A stretch of 64,000 nt of DNA, from NCBI GenBank assembly GCA_025201805.1, contig MU619238.1:1-64000 (forward strand), read 5' to 3'. Within the stretch, counting starts at the first letter, position 1, and the number at the start of each line of letters is the position of its first letter. A program made the translations under genes and the position numbers. Source of the stretch: Parasitella parasitica NRRL 2501. Lineage: Eukaryota > Fungi > Mucoromycota. Under the pieces are notes generated by a model that saw nothing but the letters and a program-made list of their open reading frames with translations, was not told where the DNA came from and did not search any database. Below, one piece after another: positions 25,910-37,419 of the stretch.

Positions 25910-27656
25910 TTACGAAGGTACGACAAAGCTTTTCACAGAGACATTGAGACCATCCAAATGCCTACAACAATCCGTAAATAATGTATCTATACTTTATATT
26001 TGATACGCTTTCTTACTTTCGAATCTTTGCGTCCAAAGAGGGTTCAGCAACGATCTTGCTCTTCTTCTTACTATCAACGAGAGCATTGGCCAACTGCTCT
26101 TTAGCTTCTTTCTGTGATTTTCTTTGATCAATCATATGTTGTAAATTCTTGTAATGGTGGATAACAACAAACTTGTCCTCTGCAGTGATATAAAAAAGAA
26201 TCAATGATGGCTTGTATATAAATTACACCGAAAAAAATGAATTAAAAACAAACAAACCGTATTTATCCACAATATCTTGTTCCTTTCCAGAGGATTTCTT
26301 AACGACTTTTTTCTTTGCATTAACCTGCTCATCCAAATCATCTTGACCAGTCATCATGCCGTCAAGCAAACGCTCGAAATTCTTTTTGAAATCAATAATG
26401 AGGCAATCTTGTTTATCTTCGTGCAAACGAGATCCTCGGCCAAGCATTTGTTGAAATAAGGGCTCTGAATTGGTTTTACGAGTCAGCAAAATGCAATCTA
26501 CCTGAGGAAGATCGGTTCCTTCAGTCAAAATTGCTACATAACAATAGTTGGTATTAATCATTATGAAAAATCTGTCAGGTACTCACTGCAGTTTACTAAA
26601 ACAGGCACTTTTCCTTCCTTGAAGTCATCGAGGATCTTTGTTCTAGTCTTGGGATCTGTTTTGCTTGTAATGAACTTGGCATCAACGCCTTTAGAAATGA
26701 AATCGTCGCATAAATCTTCAGTTTTTTGAATATTTCGGGCAAAAACCAGAGTAGAAGTTCTTTGCTTCTTGGCAGCAAACTGCTGCCAAGAAGCTATGAC
26801 AACTTCATGATATATATCTTCGTCGAGAAAATCATCTGTATCGACTGTTGTTACCCTCAAATCACTTAAATATCCAATACTGATCATTTCCATCAAGCCT
26901 AAATGGAATGATACGGGTCCAAAAACAGGGTCGAGAGATTTTTTATCAGCTCGTTTGGGAGTAGCAGTACAACCCCATAAGAGAGTCTTGGAGCCTTTCT
27001 CCAGAACACCAAAATACTCAAATATACGCATATAAGTTTTTGCTACACCACGATGCGCTTCATCAACAATCACAGCTTTAAACAGCTTCGGATCAAACTT
27101 ATTCATACGGTATTTCGACTTGTCTTTCTTGTCTTTGGAATTCAAGCTTTGGACAGAGCCGATAACCACATCCGTAGTCAAAGGATCTGCAAGGTTTTTT
27201 TCCTGTTCGATGTTGACTACCTATACCAACGAGAGCATGTCAATATAGTATCTATATAATTGCCGATGTATTGGTACCAATTTGGGATTATATTTCGAAA
27301 TCTGGGCTTTCGCTTGATTCAGGAGCTCAATTCGATGACCTAACACAAGAACTTTGGTTGCCTTAGGATTAGGGGATGGTATAAGTGGTATCAAGTTGGA
27401 CATAACGACCTATTTCTTTCATTAACATGCCTATTTATCTGTGAGCTGCATAGTTTTTAAACTTACAGTCTTTCCGCTTCCTACATGTAGGTAATGTCGT
27501 TATCAGTATCCCAATTTTTTATTGTGCTTAATTGTCAAAATCAAGTTACAAACCTGTTGGAAGAGAAATAAGATGCTGGTATTGGCCTTTCTTGATGCTG
27601 GCCAGTGTATCTTTGATGCATCTGTCTTGGTAATCTCTTAGTTTTTCGGTATTCAT
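25910..27656 (-). CDS. IRC3-like SF2 DEAH helicase (ResIII + helicase C), multi-exon
   Basis: LRDYQ, LPTG/SGKT across introns, VDEAH, TATP, VNC/AILTEGTDLP, QMLGRGSR. The 3' end is uncertain. Confidence 0.8.
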
Positions 27657-27739
27657 ATTACTGGGGGGCGAAGGTATAGTATATTGAAAAGAAAAGAATA
27701 CAAGCGTTTGGTTGTGCTACAAACTGTATGTGACCGATG

Positions 27740-28757
27740 TTGCTTTAACGGGGAGGTTTCCAATTACACTGCCTTCACCCCCAATTTTCGCTTTTCAACG
27801 AACTGATTTCGTTTTGGTCTTTGACCAATTGTCGTTTTTATAAAGCCCAATCTTCGTTTTTTTTATTGGCCAAAATTCGTTTTGGTAAGAGCACATTTTT
27901 CGCTTTCGTCGCTCCCAAAGTTCGCTTTTAAATCACTCAATTTTCGTGTTTTTTTTAACTTTTGCGTTTACATTTCAATGAATAACAACTTTTATTACGA
28001 AGACGGACAGGGCAAGTTTTTGGACGAGCAAGGAAACGACGCTGTCGACTGGGAGGAGGAGGTTGATCCTTATAATCTTGGTACTTTGTTGACTTTGTCA
28101 CAATATCGAGCTTTTCAGAGTCGCTTTCCGACAGAGGATATAGAAGAGCTCGATGTACAGATGGAAGAGTTATCCAAAGAACTATCGCAGGGTGAAACTA
28201 GTGGCAAAAAGTACAATGTGTATTCTGATAACCAGAAGTCAGTGTTTTATTATTTTAACAGAATCAAGCTTTGGAAGGCTGCCCCTTCGGGACGTAAAGC
28301 GAACATCGAGCCACGAACAGCACAGATCTGGGCCAAGAGACTCAGAGAAGATCCCAGCTGGAACATCTATGAGAAGCAGACGAACAAGGTTAACCGAAAG
28401 CCTTCTTAACTTCAGCAGGATCATAAACAGCATCTTCTGGAGTTTTTCGATAACTACCCTCAAGCAACGAGGCATGATGCTGTGGAAAGTCTCACTGAAG
28501 CATTTGAGGGCTTTAGTCTGAAGGAAACAGCAGTCGGCAATTTCATCCTTTATGAGTGCAATTTGACTATGAAGCGAGTAACTTTACAACCTGTGTCGTG
28601 AAATAGCCCTGAGAACCTTGAAGCACGCTACAGGTGGACGCATGAATGGGTTATTAATTCGGATATGAATTACGTCGAGAACTGTGTTTTTTTGGATGAA
28701 GCTGGTTTCAATATCAACATGAGAAGCCCTTTCGCTTGTCCAATGAGAGGCACACCT
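27740..28757 (+). mobile_element. Truncated Tc1/mariner-IS630-type transposon: 5' end plus transposase N-terminal half
   Basis: Single frame from ATG 27978 with HTH-like KAAPSGRKANIEPRTAQIW and first catalytic Asp motif NCVFLDEAGFNINMR. In-frame stops at 28407 (TAA) and 28599 (TGA). Ends before the DD-E triad is complete. Confidence 0.8.
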
Positions 28758-30192
28758 CTTTGTTCATCCAATGGATATATTCTGTTCAACACTGCAGAAC
28801 TTCGAATATATATAATAATTCAAAGGCTTGAATTCTATACTTTGTTTCAAAGTTGAGACACAGTACTTTCACTTCTATAACGGGAGGGAATGAACGCTGC
28901 ATGAATTGAACATTCAGTTCCTGAAATATGATTAGATAAGAAGCGTCGCAACTTTAATTTTATCCTCTTTATCACCTTTGTTTGTTGTAAGTGTTCCTTA
29001 TCTCAAAGAGGTAGCTAATCTCCATTAAAATTTTATCAAAAGTTGTACATAAATATTATATGTAGAAATTTGGATGATGTTATTGTATGAGAGAATTTTA
29101 TTTTTTCATACAGTAACATACTCTAATTATACGTTATACCTAACTTTTTGTTATGTATGATTTATAAACAGATTGAGTTTGCAGCAACTTGAAGACACGA
29201 ATATGATTATTAAATCATTGAGTGAATTTATATTCATTGATTTTTTACTATTTTATATTATCTATACCCTCAAATACCACAAAGACAAAACGCATATATT
29301 TCACAAATGTTCAAAGCTAGCGATAATTGTGTCGTGCACGAGTTCAGTAATAAGAATGGAGAAATATCGGTACCTTCAGTCGATAAGTTGTATCCAAAAG
29401 AATTGGGGACTAGAGTTGATATGCTTCTCACAATAAAAAATTTGGAGTTTCTTTGTGAAGAAGTACACCTCATAAGCAGATAGGCCATCCATCGACCATG
29501 ATAGTGTTTTTCAATAAAAAGTAAACTGAAAATTAATGACAGCTACACATTTAAGTAAGATGAAGTTTCGATGAAAAAGTAGAAAAAGCAGAAATACATA
29601 TGCATATAGTGTCTTACGTATTTCACGCTGGTTAAGCGCTCGAATAAAAATGTAGTCATCGTTGGTTTTAATGCATGTTGTGCGAGTTATCTTTGTCGCA
29701 CACAGTGTTAAAAAACACAAGTTAAGAGAGTAAGATTTGACATACATATCTTTATAGAAGCCTTGTTTGATACATATGTAATTAAGGATGAGCTCAAATC
29801 TTGAGAAGCTTTAGTGCTAAATACAAAAGACTTGAACGTATAGATTGTCTATATATATGCACACACATATGTATGAGCACTAACATATTACATAGAAATT
29901 TGGATGAATGACCCATATTTTTACTATGATGTGAGAGAGGCTTTTTCCACTCAAACGTGAGTATAAAATCTCACAAGGTGATGAAAGTATACAAATAATA
30001 AAGTGTGCAGCTTTGCCACTCTAGATAATCTTTAGTGAAATTATGAACTTAAGATTCTTTTTCATATGCACTAACAATGTGAACAAGCTTTGATTTTATT
30101 ATGTAAAAATTCATATAAGGGTCAACATCATGAATGTGAAAGTTATAGACTGTGATAGGAGTATGAGTGATTTCTCTGCATTATTACAATAT

Positions 30193-31872
30193 TCAAGATG
30201 TTGTATCGTTCTTCTTTTTTTGTTTTTTGTGAGGGGAAACATGGGGACTTGGTTCATCGACAACCTCCTCTAAAACGTCTTGTGTAAGATCAATATTATC
30301 CAGTAGCTTGTCAAGAATATGTTGTGTGTCTTCAACTAAATATGAAATTCCATACATGTTTTTTACAAAAGATGGCATTACTTGCGGGTTTATAGATGAT
30401 GGGCCGAGACTAGAAAAACTGTAATCATTCACGAAGACATAGCTATGGTCGCAAGGTTTGCAAATACTGTAAACGAAGACTCGTCCATTGTAAAATTGTA
30501 ATCCGTATAGCTTTAATTTTCTGATAAGCGTTTTTGATGGCACCTCCATATGTGAAACAATATTTTTGAACATGGCCTTCAGATTCTTACAAATTTTGTT
30601 TCTATCTTCCAGATAGTGCGTGTTGTTCACTTTTTCAAATGGTCCCGATATTTCTATTATCATCATCTCTAAATTGTATTTTTTGTCCTTCACAATTACA
30701 TCGATCTTTGGTCCAGCGTATCGTCTCTCATCATCAAAGAGATGTCTGTTGATTTCAGCGGCTTTAGACTTGAGGTTGGTCTCACCAAAGAGAAGTGCAG
30801 TGCGTGAATTGATATGTAATAAATTTTTTAAAACAGGTGACAGAACAAAGTAAAGAAATGTATCTTCGTTGGCGTAATCATCCTCTTGTAAGTTGCAATA
30901 ATGCAACTTGATCACCTTTAATACCCACATTTTGATATGCTCATCTTTGCCCCCACTAACAAGTTGTTTTTCCTTCTTCTCTTTCTTTATAGCTTTTTTT
31001 CGATTAGTTGCAAAGTGTACAGAATTTAAAACTAATTTGCAGATATTTCCAGCTTCAGTGTTGCCTTTACAGACGTTTGTGAACTTTGATTTGAAAAACT
31101 TGTAATTTGGTTTTCCGAAAACGTCGTATAACTGGTTTTTTTGGGTATTTACTGCAAAGTCGATGATGCCAAAATACAGCATGCTGTTGATGGAGTAAAT
31201 ACAATGTTACCTCTTAGATGTTATAATACACTTACTTTTGCTTTCCTAATTCTTTTACGTACTTCATTTTGCTTTTAATCTCTTTTAACTTGTTTTCATA
31301 TACAATATTTGCAATGCTTGGATTGTCATCACTGAGAAACGGGTTTTCCCCTGAAGAACTTCCAGACTAAAGAAACAAACGTTGGTAAGTTTAACTTTTT
31401 AAAAACGTTTTAAATAATGCGTTACCGTCATAGAAAAAGAAACCTCTTGCGAAAATTCACCCAAGCTTTCTGCAATGCTCCTCTTATTTTTGTTGCTGTT
31501 AATAATCTGACGTAAAGTGGTTAGCATAAGTTTTATCAGTGCTCTTCAAAGTTATCTTACTGAATTTCTCAACAACAATAATTCGTTCCAATCGACCTTA
31601 AATAGATCCAGAGTTATCTATAGGACGCCAGTCTCTATTAGTTCAAGTGTTTCTATCGTGAGATATTCGAGATCGCTTACTTGAACCTCTTCATTTCTTG
31701 CTTTAAAGTCTTTTGCTAACTGGTACCAATTTTTTTTCAGAGTTTCCCAATCTTCATCGTCGTTGAGATCCATAGTTGCGCTGTGTCTTGCCACATCAAT
31801 TCTGTGGGAGCTTACAAATTCAAAAAACGAGAAGTTATCTCTGTTAGCACTGTAGAACTTTATAATGTCCAT
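30193..31872 (-). CDS. Uncharacterised 5-exon protein with C-terminal PD-(D/E)xK/restriction-endonuclease-like motif
   Basis: Four GT-AG introns join ATG 31872 to the 329-aa last exon in an open frame. Motif GE...GPKIDVIV...MMIIEISGP...DRNKI. Confidence 0.7.
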
Positions 31873-32147
31873 TTTATGAGAATAAAGTGTCAATAACTAC
31901 GTTGAAGTTTAGATCTATGGGCAACATTATAAATGCAACTCATTTGATTGGATAGTGAGGCTGGTGACGTACACTTTTTATATTTGATTGCGAAATGATT
32001 TTTTCCAACTGACCATTCTTTACAACAGAATTATTTATTCCTATTCCGTTTAGTGCAACGAAGTTTAGGTATTTCTTTTCAACTGCTTCTACAATCACCA
32101 AATTTAACTTTTGTTACAGATGGGTTATTAACAATAGAATTGGATGA

Positions 32148-33136
32148 GGACTTCAGCTGAAGGCTTTTGCGATATCCAATGTGTTCGTATACATGTTCAT
32201 AAGGTTGAGGGGGCTACTTTATTGTGGTCTTGCAACACCCAATGTGTTCATNNNNNNNNNNNNNNNNNNNNNNNNNNNNNNNNNNNNNNNNNNNNNNNNN
32301 NNNNNNNNNNNNNNNNNNNNNNNNNNNNNNNNNNNNNNNNNNNNNNNNNNNNNNNNNNNNNNNNNNNNNNNNNNNNNNNNNNNNNNNNNNNNNNNNNNNN
32401 NNNNNNNNNNNNNNNNNNNNNNNNNNNNNNNNNNNNNNNNNNNNNNNNNNNNNNNNNNNNNNNNNNNNNNNNNNNNNNNNNNNNNNNNNNNNNNNNNNNN
32501 NNNNNNNNNNNNNNNNNNNNNNNNNNNNNNNNNNNNNNNNNNNNNNNNNNNNNNNNNNNNNNNNNNNNNNNNNNNNNNNNNNNNNNNNNNNNNNNNNNNN
32601 NNNNNNNNNNNNNNNNNNNNNNNNNNNNNNNNNNNNNNNNNNNNNNNNNNNNNNNNNNNNNNNNNNNNNNNNNNNNNNNNNNNNNNNNNNNNNNNNNNNN
32701 NNNNNNNNNNNNNNNNNNNNNNNNNNNNNNNNNNNNNNNNNNNNNNNNNNNNNNNNNNNNNNNNNNNNNNNNNNNNNNNNNNNNNNNNNNNNNNNNNNNN
32801 NNNNNNNNNNNNNNNNNNNNNNNNNNNNNNNNNNNNNNNNNNNNNNNNNNNNNNNNNNNNNNNNNNNNNNNNNNNNNNNNNNNNNNNNNNNNNNNNNNNN
32901 NNNNNNNNNNNNNNNNNNNNNNNNNNNNNNNNNNNNNNNNNNNNNNNNNNNNNNNNNNNNNNNNNNNNNNNNNNNNNNNNNNNNNNNNNNNNNNNNNNNN
33001 NNNNNNNNNNNNNNNNACCCAATGTGTTCATAAACGCGGGCATAAGGTGGAATTGAGCTTTCTTTTGCTGTGATGGTGCTGTCTTTGCCAATTATTCTGG
33101 ACTTCAACTGACGGCTTTTGCGATATCCAATGGGTT
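32148..33136. repeat. Assembly gap (32252-33016) flanked by direct-repeat units; probable collapsed tandem repeat
   Basis: ACCCAATGTGTTCAT on both gap edges; GGACTTCA-CTGA-GGCTTTTGCGATATCCAATG at about 32148 and 33099. Confidence 0.7.
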
Positions 33137-33325
33137 TATGTATGTTTGTAGGTCCTCTATATATATATGTATTGACTCAATGCATTCAACCTTGAAAAAC
33201 TTTGTAATTCTGAGATTCGCAGTTTTTCGATTGCCCAGTTGCAACACATTTTATATGGAAGTCTCTCAAATGCATGGCCTCATAGCAAGCCCTTTTAATA
33301 TAAGATATAAGTTTACAAATAACAT

Positions 33326-34121
33326 CTAAGAAAGAGATTTGAGATACACCTCCATGTTGGGACGTTTCTCAATTGCATCAATAAATTTGGCGAGGTTAGG
33401 TGCAGTGCCTTTCAGCTTATCGCGAGCCCCACCATCGTCAATCATATGATAAACCAGAAAATCAGGATAAGTGATCTATATATGTATATATATATGTTAG
33501 CAATCTATTCAAATATTTGCCTTGTGTAGACTACTTTTTCACCAAGAAGATAAGGACCGTTGTAATTAGAGTAATACTTTTCAAATAGACTGATTTGTGC
33601 TGGAATTACATCCTTGGCGTAACTGGCTTGTTCCTCCTGGATGTGAAACGCAAAATGTGTTAATGGCTGTCATCTGTAATAGCTTTTCGATATACAGTAT
33701 GTACTAACTTCGGACCCAAAGAAAGCACTCTTCATTTGTCCAAACCAAATATCATTGAGTTCAGCAACAACATCCAAAAGCTGGTCTTCTTCAGGAGTCG
33801 ACCCATGATATTTGCCGCCCAACTTGATGGAAATATAGCGCATAATAGCGACAGTCTTGAAAAACCTTCGACCGCTAGTCTCAATGTAAGGAAGTGTACA
33901 AGAGTGAGCGCCATCTTGTTGAAGCCTTTCCTTGAGATCAAGCCATTCGGCACTTTGTATACGAACATATTCATGGTCTAATCCGGCATCTACAAGCATG
34001 AGTTTGACATTTTCCCCACGAGCACGGGTGACTATAAAAATGATTAGGACTATAAAATGACACAGACATCTCACTTACGTTTTGCACCAACAATAAAGTA
34101 ACATAAAGTGATTTTATCCAT
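33326..34121 (-). CDS. Glutathione S-transferase, copy 1 (4 exons)
   Basis: TLCYF...ARGENVKLML, TLPYIE, AIMRY, GPYLLGEK/ITYPDF; intact after splicing. Confidence 0.92.
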
Positions 34122-34764
34122 TTTTGATATGTAATTGTAGCAACAGCGGTTCAAATAAGAGTATAATTTATACTAGTCTTGAGATGCGAAGGATTATCCC
34201 CAAAAAAAAACCAGAATCAACCCCACCAGATTGTTTGAAGATCTGATTGCTATTCTTTAGACACGTATGCGCATATTGGTTTGAATCGTTCATTGAAGGG
34301 AATTATAATCTTTCTTGAGGAAGTAGTCTGCTTGCTATGTTTGTCGACCTCTCGCAAAGAGTTCCAGATGCTATGCTAAGGATAAATATAATTCCAAGCA
34401 TTGAGCATGTAGCGCTTAAATGTATACAGATATCTTATCAAAAAATAGACTATGACAGAATTGCTATATATATTAAAACGATCTTGAGTCAAACCAGGCT
34501 TTTCTGATGCATATGCCAACTTTTTTTATAGCTGGATATCATTATGCTTTTTAAAAGCTTGAAAAAGCCTGTTAACTGGTCGAGGAATATCATATGCGCG
34601 TTTTAATCTCAAAACTATCTGCTTAAATGTCAAGATTTACTAGTGGGTATTTTTTTCAATGCAAATAGGCATAAATGCACTATGTCTATTCAATAAATAA
34701 ATAATTCCCCATCACTGTCAGCATAACATATATAAAATGGTCTTTATTGATGATAAATATATAT

Positions 34765-35557
34765 CTAAGAAAGAGACTTGAGGTATTGTGTTATGTTGGG
34801 GCGTTTCTCAAAGGCATCAATAAACTTGACAAGATTAGGTGCAACACCTTCCAGCTTGTCGCGAGCCCCACCATCATCAATCATATGGTAAACCAAAAAA
34901 TCAGGGTAAGTGAGCTGCATGTAGTGGTTAGTAAACCATCCATATGATTTTTTTCTACAATTTACCTTTTCACCAAGGAGATAGGGGCCTTCACGATCAG
35001 CGTAATACTTTTCAAACATGTCAATTTGTGCTGGAAGCGTATTATTGGCATAATTGGCTTTTACTTCCTACATATTATGCGAAGGTGTTAAAAGGCATTA
35101 TTATGGATAACTTTGTGAGATATAGTCCAACTTACGTCAGATCCCGCGAAGGAGTTCTTCAAGTGATCAAACCAAACATCACTGACCTCAGCAACAACGT
35201 CCAAAAGCTGATTGTCTTCAGGAGTTGATCCATGATATTTGCCCTCTAGTCGCGTGGAGAGGTAACGCATGATAGGGACCGTCTTGAAGAAGCATTGGCC
35301 ATTGGTTTCAATGTAAGGAAGCGTGCAAGAATGGGCGCCTTTTTCTTTTTTAAGAGTCTCCTTTAATGCTGGCCATTCAGGTCTTTCTACACGAACATAT
35401 TCGTGATCTAATCCAGCATCTACAAGCATGAGTTTGACATTTTCTCCACGAGCAAGTGTGACTAAAAAAAATAATCAGGATCATGGCAGCATCGCTTGCT
35501 ATGTGTTATGTTACCTTTTCCAGCAACGAGAAAGTAATATAAAGTGATTTTATCCAT
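34765..35557 (-). CDS. Glutathione S-transferase, copy 2 (4 exons)
   Basis: Paralogue of copy 1 with the same exon structure; TLYYF, TLPYIE, LTYPDF. Confidence 0.92.
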
Positions 35558-36091
35558 TTTTAAATATGTGGTTGCAGGAAGAGCTGTGTAATTACACGAT
35601 CTATTGAAGTTAAATTTATATTAGTTTGTGAACTGAGCGTATGAACTGGACATTAAAGGACTGTCTTGCCCCTGATCATTCGCTTATAAATTTATTTCAA
35701 TGACCCGCTTCCCCAAAAATTAATGTGACCCCACGAGAGTACTCAGCGTATTTTCGGTTTACTTGATAATCCGTATAAATTATTGTTAAAAAAAACGGAT
35801 TTGAATAGGGAAGGGAGAGTGCATCTCGAAGAAATGATATATATTCATAGCATTTCGGTCGACTTTTTACCGATACTTCGGATAAATACAATGAAGGCGC
35901 AGCAGATCATGCAACGCTCGAAAACGCGCAGACTACATAAATAAATAGACTATCAGTAGTAGTGCATTACTTGTATCGTAACAAAACATGCATTCAAAAA
36001 AATTTAAAAAAAAGAGCTGTTTTGCCATACGACGCTATGTACTGCTCCGCCAAAACTTATCTTTATCTATACGATACACGTATCTATCTAT

Positions 36092-36827
36092 TTAAGCAGA
36101 AAGATGCTTCAAGTATTTTATCATGTTGGGACGTTGCTCAAAAGCATCGATAAATTTGATAAGATTGGATGTCAATTTCTCGCGAAGCGTATTATCATCA
36201 ATCATGTGATAAATCAGAAAGTCAGGATAAGTAAGCTACACATGCATTGTAAGGAAATTGTCTTAGCGACTCAATTGGGTGACATAAATAATACCTTTTC
36301 GCCAAGAAGGTAAGGACCTTTGCGATCAGAATAGAACTTTTCAAATATGTCGATCTGTGCTGGAATCGTTTTATTGGTATACTCCTCTTTTAGTTCCTGC
36401 GCAGATTACGATCGTGTTAGTAGCTGGTGTCCATAAACATATTCATACGAACCTCAGAGCCATAAAATGCCCTCTTCATTTGCTCAAACCAAGTGTCATT
36501 GAGCTCAGCAACTACATCTAAAAGTTGATCTTCTTCAGGAGTTGCTCCATGATATATGCCACCCATTTTAGTGGAAACGTAGCGCATGATAGGAACACTC
36601 TTGAAAAATTTTTGACCTGCTATTTCAATGTAAGGAAGCGTACTAGAGTGAGCCCCTTCTTGTTGAAGTTGTTTCTTGAATGGAGGCCATTCGTCTCTTC
36701 GTATACGACCATAGTCATGGTCCAAACCAGCATCTACAAGCATGAGCTTAACATTTTCTCCACGACCAAATGTGGAGCTGGTTTCGAGCATAAAGTAGCA
36801 TAAAGTTATACGATCCATCTGTGACAT
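36092..36827 (-). CDS. Glutathione S-transferase, copy 3 (3 exons)
   Basis: Paralogue of copies 1 and 2 lacking the first intron; GRGENVKLML, TLPYIE, LTYPDF. Confidence 0.92.
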
Positions 36828-37419
36828 GAACTAGCAGTATGTCGTCCTAAAAGAACACGGGCTACGACTACCGAAGTACAATTTTATATGAGTTACTAGC
36901 ATGCAAGGACTGGTTTACCTCTGATTTCACGCTCATGCATCACTGTCTCACCAAACTGTTGCGGGTACGGTAAATATCTTCTGCTAATACCATGTGGAAG
37001 CTTTCGAATAATACGGGCATCTCCTTCAAATTGCTATGAAAATCTTAACGTAACATGTTGTTTGAGTCTCATCACAACATTGCTAGTAAACTAGCTTAAA
37101 ACGTAACGTCGAATATCTACTACAGAGAAGATAACAGCTTATCCAGAGCACGTAGACGTTTAGCAAAATTGACCAAGTAGCTCTGTTTTCATCTTTTACG
37201 ATCAATACATTTGAATTTTGCACGCTGCAACCTAATTCACGCAAAAAGATACATGCGTATTGAGTAATTGTCAGTGCGAGCTCGTTTATATGAAACTGTC
37301 AAGTGGTTTATCATGGTAGCCTCCAGCAGTGAAAACGGCTCGTTAGAACTCAGAACAAATAGATAGCATTGTTCCAAAAGTTTTTACATTGCTCTTTTTC
37401 AATTAAAAAGTACAAAAAT

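Noticed and set aside
27781-27970. Repeat-spacer-like periodicity suggesting CRISPR
   Set aside because: Units are too short and degenerate, the context is eukaryotic and there are no cas genes. Better explained as transposon subterminal repeats.
29048-29949. TAGAAATTTGGATGA repeated about 830 bp apart
   Set aside because: A short match in AT-rich DNA; it cannot be supported as LTRs.
32144-33107. ORF-track entries of 270-310 aa here, and similar ones at 49869-50318 and 58963-59363
   Set aside because: Artefacts of translating through N-gaps.
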